From: an uncultured Erysipelotrichales bacterium
GTDB taxonomy: Bacteria; Bacillota_I; Bacilli_A; Erysipelotrichales; Coprobacillaceae
NCBI GenBank assembly: GCA_910579135.1
Contig: CAJTTM010000010.1
Span: 716 to 64,715 of the forward strand
Reading direction: 5' to 3'
DNA length: 64,000 nucleotides
Shown: piece after piece, positions 56,412 to 64,000 of the stretch
How the letters are laid out: the number at the start of each line of letters is the position of its first letter
Position numbering within the stretch: position 1 is the stretch's first letter
The notes under the pieces: generated by a model
Databases searched by the model: none
Seen by the model: the letters and a program-made list of their open reading frames with translations, nothing else
Told to the model about the DNA's origin: nothing
Translations under genes and position numbers: made by a program

Positions 56412-57748
56412 TATATAATACCCTTTTCAATCAAAGCAGTTCTTAAAACATCTGCTTTTTCAAAATTTTTCTCTGCTTTTTCCTTCATCCATTCATTATA
56501 CAAATCAACATCTTCTTGACTTAATACTTTTGTTTCATAAACAAATCCCATTACATCAAGCATCTTCATTAAAGTATTATATCCTACTAAAATAGCTTGA
56601 TTATCCTTTTCTCTTGTCCTCATTAATTGATTTAACACTTTAACCTGCCCTAAAATAGTTGTTAATGCTAAAGAAGTATTTAAATCATCCGATAAAGCCC
56701 CAACCATTTTATCCACTGATTCTTTACAACATCCATCACCATCAATATGATTGATTTGCAAATATAAAGATACCTGTTTTAAAATATTTTCTACCTTATC
56801 CACTTCTTTTTTGACTGCTTTTAATACATCATCAGTAAAATTAAGAGGATTACGATAATGAGTAGATAACATCAACCATTTATAAACATTGCATCCCAAT
56901 TCTTTTACAAGATCTTTAGCCCATAAAACATTACCTAATGATTTTGACATCTTTTGATTATCAATGTTAATCATCTGATTATGCATCCAAACATTTGCGA
57001 TTGGGTGTTGGTGATATGCCATTGATTGAGCAATTTCATTTTCATGATGTGGGAATTTCAAATCTTGTCCCCCACCATGTATATCAATCTTACCATCTTC
57101 AAAAATATCATTAATCATAACAACACATTCAGTATGCCAACCTGGCCTTCCCTTTGACCAAGGACTATCAAACTGAATACCTTCATCAGTCTTTTTCCAT
57201 AAAGCAAAATCAGTTGAACTTTCTTTTTTATCATTTTCATCCACACGTTCACTCGCTCCAGCAATTAAATCCTCAACTTTAATCCCTGATAACATTCCAT
57301 ATTCTTTAATTTTAGTCACTCTAAAATAAACATCCCCATCAACTTCATAAGCATATCCATTTTCCACAAGATTCTTAATAAAATCAATGATTGGAGTCAT
57401 TGTTTCTGTAACTCTAGGAGCAAATGTAGGAAACTTAAGATTTAAATCTCCTCTTACATCCTCATAAGCCTTAATATACTTATCAGTTAATTCTCTTTCA
57501 GTAATACCTTCTTCTTTTGCTGCTTTGATAATCTTATCATCAACATCTGTAAAATTAGAAACAAAAGTCACCTTATATCCTAAATATTCAAACATCCTTC
57601 TTAAAACATCAAAAACAATCATCGGTCTTGTATTACCTATATGTGCATGATTATATACTGTAGGACCACATACATAAATACTTACTTCATCTTTAATAAT
57701 AGGAACAAACTCCTCTTTTTGATTTGTTAGCGTATTAAATAATTTCAT
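56411..57748 (-). CDS. cysS: cysteine--tRNA ligase
   Basis: HIGN (HAHIGNTRP) and KMSKS motifs. Start set at ATG 57748 (MKLFNTL) after GGAGGT. Confidence 0.95.
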   Translation of the reverse strand: MKLFNTLTNQKEEFVPIIKDEVSIYVCGPTVYNHAHIGNTRPMIVFDVLRRMFEYLGYKVTFVSNFTDVDDKIIKAAKEEGITERELTDKYIKAYEDVRGDLNLKFPTFAPRVTETMTPIIDFIKNLVENGYAYEVDGDVYFRVTKIKEYGMLSGIKVEDLIAGASERVDENDKKESSTDFALWKKTDEGIQFDSPWSKGRPGWHTECVVMINDIFEDGKIDIHGGGQDLKFPHHENEIAQSMAYHQHPIANVWMHNQMINIDNQKMSKSLGNVLWAKDLVKELGCNVYKWLMLSTHYRNPLNFTDDVLKAVKKEVDKVENILKQVSLYLQINHIDGDGCCKESVDKMVGALSDDLNTSLALTTILGQVKVLNQLMRTREKDNQAILVGYNTLMKMLDVMGFVYETKVLSQEDVDLYNEWMKEKAEKNFEKADVLRTALIEKGII

Positions 57749-57957
57749 CTGTTTACCTCCTAAACAAAAAAGCAAATGATAAAGACATTTTCATGTTCAT
57801 CCACTTCATCATATGCTTAACTTCTACTTTTAACGCAAGTTTTACGTTCTTTCTTTTCAAAAGACTCAAATAAGTGCATCCAGAAACATTTATTAAACCA
57901 TTTCCACCAACAGGTTCTCTCTATAAACTATCTTTTCTATCATTCTTATCTCTAATT
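57749..57957 (-). ncRNA. T-box leader, Cys (UGC) specifier
   Basis: Minus strand holds AGAGAG-AACC-UGUUGGUGGAAAU-GGUU (AG bulge plus distal loop). Specifier context GGA-UGC-A-CUU at 57878..57876. T-box bulge UGGA at 57803..57800. Terminator AAGCATATGATGAAG...CTTTATCATTTGCTT followed by T6. Confidence 0.75.
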
Positions 57958-57964
57958 TATTTAT

Positions 57965-57993
57965 ACTATAGCAAATATCACCTATTTAATCAA
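57965..57993 (-). promoter_or_regulatory. sigma-A promoter of the cysS T-box leader
   Basis: TTGATT (57993..57988), 17-nt spacer, TATAGT (57970..57965). Confidence 0.6.
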
Positions 57994-58068
57994 GAAACTT
58001 ATTCACACATTTTAACTTTCATTTAAGATCCAATTATTTAATTTATAAAACATACCTTATTTATGTAT

Positions 58069-58102
58069 AAAAAACGAGACCAACATCAAAGTTTAGCCTC
58101 GT
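58069..58102 (-). terminator. rho-independent terminator of the glg operon
   Basis: Minus strand ACGAGGCTAAAC-TTTGA-TGTTGGTCTCGT followed by T6. Confidence 0.7.
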
Positions 58103-58124
58103 ATTTCTTATTATTTATATAAAT

Positions 58125-59552
58125 TTAATCTAATACAGAATTAAAAACCTTTAAATAAGCATCTGCACTCTTATCCCAATCTAACACAGTTTCCATAGCA
58201 CGTTTAACCAATCCATTCCATTGCTCTTTATCACTATATACATTAAGTGCATAATCAATAATATCCATCATTTCATGAGCATTATAGTTTTTAAAGCTAA
58301 ATCCTGTACCAGAATTTTCATATTCATTGTATGGTTCAACACTATCCTTTAAACCACCAGTTTCTCTAACAATAGGGATTGTTCCATAACGCATTGACAT
58401 CATTTGAGATAAACCACATGGTTCAAATAACGAAGGCATTAAGAACATATCACATCCTGCATAAATTCTACAAGACAACTTAAAATCATATTTAAGATTT
58501 AAAGAAATTTTTTGATTATGATAAGCAGCAATTCCCTTTAATGGTTCTTCATATTTTGCATCTCCAGAGCCTAAGATAACAAGCTGTACATCACGTTTCA
58601 TCAGTTCTTCTAAACGATTTAAAATTAAATCTAATCCCTTTTGCCAAGTTAATCTTGTAACAATTCCAATCAATGGAATATCTGGATCAACTGGCAATCC
58701 ACATTCCTCTTGTAATGCAGTCTTATTTTTAAGTTTCTTTTCTTCAACTGTATCAATGTCAAAATTTTCCACGATATTTGGATCTGTTGCTGGATTATTA
58801 GTATCATAATCAATACCATTTAAAATACCATATAAATCATGTCTTCTCATTCCAAGAATATTTTGTAACCCTTCACCAAATTCATCTGTTAAAATTTCTT
58901 GTGCATAAGTTGGTGAAACAGTAGTAACAGCATCACTATAATAAATAGCTGCTTTCATAAAGTTTAGACAACCATCATTTCTACAATTTCCATTATAATA
59001 TAAATAATTATCTAACCCAAAATGATCACTTAATAGAGCTGGATCACATTTCCCTTGGTAAGCAATATTATGAATTGTGAATGTAATTTTAATACCCTGA
59101 TAATATTCATAATAAGCATATCTTTCTTTATATAAAGTCGCAATCATAGCAGCTTGCCAATCATGCAAAGATAAAATATCAGGTTTAATATCAAGATGAG
59201 AAATTAATTCTAACACCGCAAAATCATAATATGCAAATCTTTCATTATCATCATCATAACCATATAATCCAGGTCTTCTAAAATATTGTTCATTATCAAC
59301 AAAATAATAAGTTACTCCATCATACTCAGCCTTAAAAACACCACAATAGCATTTTCTCCATCCTACCCAAATATCAAAATTCGTTACATATTCAATAGTA
59401 TCAGCTAATTTCATATCTTGATATTTTGGTAAAATAACAATACATTCATGACCTTTCTTTACCAATTCCTTTGGTAATGCACCTACAACATCTGCTAATC
59501 CACCTGATTTAATATATGGATTTCCTTCACTTGCCGCAAAAATAATTCTCAT
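58125..59552 (-). CDS. glgA: glycogen synthase (ADP-glucose type, GT5)
   Basis: 475 aa. N-terminal SEGNPYIKSGGLADVVGALPKEL (KxGGL motif). Confidence 0.95.
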   Translation of the reverse strand: MRIIFAASEGNPYIKSGGLADVVGALPKELVKKGHECIVILPKYQDMKLADTIEYVTNFDIWVGWRKCYCGVFKAEYDGVTYYFVDNEQYFRRPGLYGYDDDNERFAYYDFAVLELISHLDIKPDILSLHDWQAAMIATLYKERYAYYEYYQGIKITFTIHNIAYQGKCDPALLSDHFGLDNYLYYNGNCRNDGCLNFMKAAIYYSDAVTTVSPTYAQEILTDEFGEGLQNILGMRRHDLYGILNGIDYDTNNPATDPNIVENFDIDTVEEKKLKNKTALQEECGLPVDPDIPLIGIVTRLTWQKGLDLILNRLEELMKRDVQLVILGSGDAKYEEPLKGIAAYHNQKISLNLKYDFKLSCRIYAGCDMFLMPSLFEPCGLSQMMSMRYGTIPIVRETGGLKDSVEPYNEYENSGTGFSFKNYNAHEMMDIIDYALNVYSDKEQWNGLVKRAMETVLDWDKSADAYLKVFNSVLD

Positions 59553-60661
59553 TATACAATATCTCCTTCTTTGATCAATAATGGTTGATTTACATCACCA
59601 TGAAGATCATTTTTAGCAGTTACAATTGCGTGTTTATCAACAATAACATTTTCTAATACAGCCCCTGCTTCAACAGAAGAACCAGTTAGCATAATACAAT
59701 TCTTAACAACTGCACCTTTACCAATTTTAACTTCTCTACCAATAATACTCCTTTCAACAGTACCATCAACAATTGCACCATTCGCAACGAATGAAGAAAC
59801 AACTGATGAATTCTTCAAATATTTAGTTGGTGGTGTATCATTAGTATTTGTATAAATAGGCCAATTGCTTTTAAATACCTGTGAATTATTAACAACATCA
59901 ATTAACCCTAAAGAAGTTTCATAATAAGCTTCTAAAGAATCAATATTCTTTACATAACCTTTATATTGGTATACATGAATAACTTTTTCATCTAATAAAT
60001 ATTTCAACATATCTTTTAATGAGAAGAATGCTGAAACATTTTTAGCTTTCTTCATAATCATTTCTAAAGTAGAAACGTTAATTACATAAGTATCTAAAGA
60101 TACATCTCTACTCTTAGCAGTCCCTCTATTAACATCAATAGATACAACTTTACCATCTTTAATTTTAAGAATATCACTACCAATAAATTCTTCTTTTGCA
60201 TTATTTATCTTACTATAAACCATAGTAATTTCAGCACCAGCTTTTTCATGAGCCTCAACTACATCTGCATAATTTAAAGTGTTGATAATATGAGATGGAG
60301 CAATAACCGCAATATCAGCTTTAGCCCCCTTTAAAAACGCAATATTTTCTTTTAAGTTATTTAAATCATGATTATATTTAGTAGCTCCCGCATATTTTTC
60401 ATTATATAAAATTGAAAGTCCACCACGTTTTTGATTTAAATTCCAACTTGTTCCTCCACCTAAATGTTTAACAATTGATCTAGGTTTATTTTGGATTAAA
60501 ACACCCACTCTATCAATTCCTGAATTAGATAAATTTGATAATACAAAATCAACAATTGCATAACGCCCTAAGAAGCTTACTGAAGCCGCAGGTCTTCTTT
60601 CAGTTAATTCTGCATAATTTACATCTTCGTGTAAATTAACAATACCTATTACTTTTGCCAT
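59552..60661 (-). CDS. glgD: glucose-1-phosphate adenylyltransferase regulatory subunit GlgD
   Basis: GlgC paralogue lacking the GGxGxRL motif, with a left-handed beta-helix C-terminus. Sits between glgC and glgA. Start set at ATG 60661. Confidence 0.85.
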   Translation of the reverse strand: MAKVIGIVNLHEDVNYAELTERRPAASVSFLGRYAIVDFVLSNLSNSGIDRVGVLIQNKPRSIVKHLGGGTSWNLNQKRGGLSILYNEKYAGATKYNHDLNNLKENIAFLKGAKADIAVIAPSHIINTLNYADVVEAHEKAGAEITMVYSKINNAKEEFIGSDILKIKDGKVVSIDVNRGTAKSRDVSLDTYVINVSTLEMIMKKAKNVSAFFSLKDMLKYLLDEKVIHVYQYKGYVKNIDSLEAYYETSLGLIDVVNNSQVFKSNWPIYTNTNDTPPTKYLKNSSVVSSFVANGAIVDGTVERSIIGREVKIGKGAVVKNCIMLTGSSVEAGAVLENVIVDKHAIVTAKNDLHGDVNQPLLIKEGDIV

Positions 60662-60675
60662 TTTCAATAATCCCC

Positions 60676-61806
60676 CTATCCGTTTTTACTTACTAAAGCA
60701 ACTTCTTTAGCCTCTTTATTAATAACTTCATTCATCTTAACTGTATAATTTTCATCAACAATAGCTTTATAAATTTCAGCACCCTCTTCTACTAATACAC
60801 CTGGCATTAATACTGAATCAATAACTTTAGCGTCCTTGCCAATTTTAACATTAGAGAAAATAACTGAACCAGAAACTTCTCCATCAACAATACATCCTTG
60901 AGTAATCATGGAATTACTAATTTTAGCATCTGCTCCAATTTGTTGAGGAGTTCCCAATGTATCTTCTGTATAAATCTTCCAATCTTTCTTTTCATTATAT
61001 AAGTCTAAATCAGTATCATTTAATAAGTCCATATTGGCTTGCCATAAACTCTCAACAGTTCCTACATCTTTCCAATAACCATCAAATCTCCAAGCCATTA
61101 ATCTCTTACCATCATTCAACATAGCTGGAATAATATCCATACCAAAATCATGCTTACTTTCTTTATCTTTAGCATCCGCAATCAAATATTTCTTTAATTC
61201 TTTATATGTGAAAATATAAATTCCCATAGAAGCTAAAGTAGACTTAGGTTCAGCAGGTTTTTCTTCGAATTCATAAATAGTCTTTCCATCTTCTTTAACA
61301 TTCATTATACCAAAACGTTTAGCTTCTTCTAATGTAACATTTAATACTGCTACTGTTAAATCTGCATTATTTGCTTTATGTTCTGCTAACATTTCACTAT
61401 AATCCATTTTATAAATATGATCTCCAGATAAAATAACTATATATTTTGGATCATATTGGTCTAAGAAATCAATGTTTTGATAAATAGCATCTGCTGTTCC
61501 AGCATATGATGTAAATCCTACACCATCCCCTCTTTCACGAGCTGGTAAGTTTACAGCTTTAGATTGATCCCCATCAAGACCCCATTTTGTACCAGAACCT
61601 ACATATTGTCCTAATAATACTGACTCGTATTGTGTTGGTAAACCTACAACATCAACACCTGAGTTTGCGCAGTTACTAAGTGGGAAATCTATAATACGAT
61701 ATTTTCCACCAAAAGGAACTACTGGTTTTGCAACTTTAGCTGTTAAAGCGTATAAACGTGATCCACGCCCTCCAGCCAAAATCATTCCTACAATTTCTTT
61801 ACTCAT
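60676..61806 (-). CDS. glgC: glucose-1-phosphate adenylyltransferase
   Basis: 376 aa. ILAGGRGSRLYALT and FGGKYRIIDFPLSNC. Confidence 0.95.
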   Translation of the reverse strand: MSKEIVGMILAGGRGSRLYALTAKVAKPVVPFGGKYRIIDFPLSNCANSGVDVVGLPTQYESVLLGQYVGSGTKWGLDGDQSKAVNLPARERGDGVGFTSYAGTADAIYQNIDFLDQYDPKYIVILSGDHIYKMDYSEMLAEHKANNADLTVAVLNVTLEEAKRFGIMNVKEDGKTIYEFEEKPAEPKSTLASMGIYIFTYKELKKYLIADAKDKESKHDFGMDIIPAMLNDGKRLMAWRFDGYWKDVGTVESLWQANMDLLNDTDLDLYNEKKDWKIYTEDTLGTPQQIGADAKISNSMITQGCIVDGEVSGSVIFSNVKIGKDAKVIDSVLMPGVLVEEGAEIYKAIVDENYTVKMNEVINKEAKEVALVSKNG

Positions 61807-61985
61807 AAATTTTTCCTCCTAAACATCAATATGAAATCGCTTACCTATGTTTACATTCTACCATATTTTCATTAAAAAAAACATAGAAATCTTTAAGTTT
61901 TCATTTATAGAAAACAATTATATTGATATAATCAAGTATTTTTTTATCAACTTTTTTTAATTTGCTCATAAAATAAATTGAGGTG

Positions 61986-62414
61986 ATGGATTTGAGCCCA
62001 AGAATTCAATACTCTAACAATGATGTGGATTTACTTGCAAAGATCATGAAAGCCGAAGCTTTAGGCGAAGGTGAAGAAGGAATGTTGTTAGTGGGTAACG
62101 TTGTTGTCAATAGAGTTGTTGCAAATTGTGATGTTTTTAAGAATACAAGAAATATCTCTGAAGTTGTTTATCAAAAGAATGCTTTTTCTGGAGTGGGTCA
62201 ACCTTTATTCAATGCTCCAGTTAATGCCAAAGAAAGAGAACTTGCTCTTAAAAACATTAATGGTTATCGTAATTCTCCAGCAACCAATGCCTTATGGTTT
62301 AAAAACCCTGGAAGAAATGTATCATGCCCTCAAAAATTTTATGGGTCACTTAGCGGCCGTTATAAGAACCATTGTTTTTATAGTCCTGGTTCGAATTTGA
62401 AATGCGATTTATAA
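61986..62414 (+). CDS. cwlJ: spore cortex-lytic cell wall hydrolase, CwlJ/SleB catalytic family
   Basis: VDLLAKIMKAEALGEGEEGMLLVGNVVVNRV ... HCFY aligns by eye with B. subtilis CwlJ. Followed by gerQ. Confidence 0.8.
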   Translation: MDLSPRIQYSNNDVDLLAKIMKAEALGEGEEGMLLVGNVVVNRVVANCDVFKNTRNISEVVYQKNAFSGVGQPLFNAPVNAKERELALKNINGYRNSPATNALWFKNPGRNVSCPQKFYGSLSGRYKNHCFYSPGSNLKCDL

Positions 62415-62426
62415 AGGAGATTAAAT

Positions 62427-62726
62427 ATGGATACAAATAACAATAATATTATGGAAGGTAATCAAACACCTTCTTCCCCTTCTCCCATTGTGGAACAAAC
62501 CTATATCGAAAACATTTTAAGATTAAATATCGGAAAATTAGGCACTTTTTATTTCACTTATACAGGTAGTGATGACTGGAGAGATCGTGCATATAAAGGT
62601 GTTATAGAACAAGTTGGACGAGATCATTTTATTGTCAGCGATCCAAAAAACAACAAACATTATCTTTTCCAATTCGTTTATTTTGATTGGGCAGAATTTG
62701 ATGATGAATTAAATTACAGATTCTAA
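62427..62726 (+). CDS. gerQ: spore coat protein GerQ
   Basis: 99 aa. N-terminal Asn/Gln/Pro-rich tail, then YIENILRLN.GK...F.YTGS...RD..YKG.IE..GRDH.I, typical of GerQ/YwdL. Confidence 0.75.
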   Translation: MDTNNNNIMEGNQTPSSPSPIVEQTYIENILRLNIGKLGTFYFTYTGSDDWRDRAYKGVIEQVGRDHFIVSDPKNNKHYLFQFVYFDWAEFDDELNYRF

Positions 62727-62730
62727 AAAA

Positions 62731-62779
62731 AGGCTGTAACGTATAGATAGAACTCTATTTATAACGTTCAGCCTTTTTG
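62731..62779. terminator. hairpin between convergent genes
   Basis: AGGCTGTAACGT ... ACGTTCAGCCT, flanked by A6 on the left and T5 on the right. Confidence 0.55.
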
Positions 62780-62784
62780 ATTAA

Positions 62785-63504
62785 CTAATAAATATATTTT
62801 AATATATCTTCTTCCTTATCAATATCAGAAATATTTAATAAAAGTTGATCTAAATCTTCTTCATTACTATCATTGATTTTATTAATAATGTATTCTAATA
62901 TAGATCCTAAGTTTTTCGTTAATTGATTAATAATTGTTTTCGTTATACCTTGACCCATACCTTGGGCTATTCCATAAACCAAACCATTATCATACTCAAT
63001 TCCCATCCATTTTCTTGTTATCTCACACATCTTTTTGACTCCTCTTTCATCTTGTTTATAATACCTAAAACATTTCTTTGATCTACACAATGAAAGTCAT
63101 GGATCATTCTTCCTATTTTGGTTTCTTCATCTTTATATTCTCCATTAACAATCAGTATCTCTTATCAATCATCAACTTCTTCTTGACTTTCCAGCTCTAC
63201 TCTCTTGACTCTATATATTTGGTAGTCCCCTTTTAAAATAATCTTTATAGTAGATATAAATCACATAGCTATCTGGTATATCTTTATACTTTGTTCCTTT
63301 TAAACTTCTATATCAATAATTTCTCCTTCACTGCTTTCTACGAGAATATCCAATCGTAATTCTTTTCCATGAAGATTACTGATATAGTATTCCACTTGAG
63401 AATCTTTGATATGTATAGGTTTATTAAAGAGAGACGAGAGAGGACTACCCTCATCATAGGGTTATTAAATAAAGTCATAGACTTCATATTTCTAATAAGT
63501 TCAT
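62785..63504 (-). pseudogene. decayed Rpn-family nuclease gene with multiple frameshifts
   Basis: ATG 63504 behind AAGGAGA stops after 6 codons. Other frames carry KSMTLFNNPMMRVV, IGRMIHDFHCVDQ and YYKQDERGVKKMCEITRKWMG, matching the intact copy at 13885..14706. Confidence 0.75.
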
Positions 63505-63515
63505 ATTTTTTATTT

Positions 63516-63659
63516 CTCCTTATTATTACATACAAATAAAAAGAAGATTTTTCTTTTTTTAATGACATGATTTCATCATATGAAAATAATAACTTCTATA
63601 AATCTATTATAAGAGTATAGAAGAGTGTTGTCATTGGACATTTTGCCCAAAAAGAAAAG
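63516..63659 (-). repeat. ~140-bp conserved 5' flank of Rpn genes, copy B
   Basis: Aligns with 14716..14855 and includes the ATGACA-17-TATAAT promoter and a degenerate palindrome TTGGGCAAAATGTCCAA. Confidence 0.8.
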
Positions 63660-63684
63660 AAGTTATTTTTTATAACTCCCTTTA

Positions 63685-64000
63685 TTATATAATTTGAAAA
63701 ATATAAAATTTTAAATACGATGTTTCTTCCATGGTCCACAAAATTGGATGATCGTGATTCTGCTGGGTTACAGAAACTTGTTTTAAAGTCACATTAGCTT
63801 CACTTGCAGCCTCCCTTAACATCTTTTCAAAATTATCAGTTTCCATAAAACGAGAACAGCTACAAGTAATCAAATAACCACCATTTTTTAATAATTCCAT
63901 TGCTCTCATATTAATTCTTTTATAACCATTATATGCACGATTTATTGTTTTTCTTGATTTGGTGAAAGCTGGAGGGTCTAAAACAATAATATCAAATTCA
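63685..64000 (-). CDS. class I SAM-dependent rRNA methyltransferase, RlmI-like, C-terminal part (5' end beyond window)
   Basis: Reverse translation: FDIIVLDPPAFTKSRKTINRAYNGYKRINMRAMELLKNGGYLITCSCS... Confidence 0.7.
   Translation of the reverse strand, partial: EFDIIVLDPPAFTKSRKTINRAYNGYKRINMRAMELLKNGGYLITCSCSRFMETDNFEKMLREAASEANVTLKQVSVTQQNHDHPILWTMEETSYLKFYIFQII

Noticed and set aside
61940-61982. Sigma-E-type sporulation promoter for cwlJ (CATAAAAT at 61967..61974)
   Set aside because: The -10-like element is present, but I see no convincing -35 (xCATATT-type) at the right spacing.
63338-63568. 76-aa ORF from the track
   Set aside because: Its first third is the conserved 5' UTR of the decayed Rpn gene read in frame. 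Only the KSMTLFNNPMMRVV part is genuine former coding sequence, so it is folded into the pseudogene call.

Overview
Strongly AT-rich Bacillota (Firmicutes) chromosome segment; no rRNA, tRNA, CRISPR array or intact transposase was seen. About 60 genes are supported. (1) Left core block: gpsA (partial), mfd, pth, a cytoplasmic type I pullulanase, an rRNA uracil methyltransferase, a VanRS-like two-component system and SEC-C-type methionine aminopeptidase. It is interrupted by a decayed islet at 7.0-8.6 kb holding a broken ABC transporter, a frameshifted small ORF and a broken immunity-like gene. (2) Accessory region, about 13.5-42.9 kb. It holds one intact and one remnant Rpn/PD-(D/E)XK putative transposase gene, a GNAT, a TPR-nucleotidyltransferase fusion, an XRE/SpoVT regulator with a macrolide-type GT1 glycosyltransferase, and a MATE pump with MarR. 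It also holds a seven-gene two-component/ABC/lipoprotein operon. Two very large surface glycosidases follow: a GH16 of 1036 aa and an SGNH-like + GH84 + multi-CBM32 + FIVAR protein of 2487 aa. They share a non-LPXTG C-terminal anchor module. Next to them are a Glc-family PTS (EIICB, separate EIIA) and a BglG/LicT-type antiterminator. I found two nearly identical RAT-terminator switches here. One gates the giant GH84 gene. The other is separated from the PTS genes by an oppositely oriented EIIA gene. (3) Right core block is syntenic with Bacillus subtilis: rpoC, rpoB, ybxB-like methyltransferase, rplL, rplJ, rplA, rplK, nusG, secE, rpmG (missed by the ORF track), sigH-like sigma factor, rlmB, mrnC and cysS with a Cys T-box leader. 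Then come glgA-glgD-glgC, cwlJ-gerQ (implying a spore former), a decayed second Rpn gene and a partial rlmI-like gene. Several ORF-track starts were corrected using Shine-Dalgarno positions. Everything rests on reading the sequence and recalling family motifs; no database search was possible.
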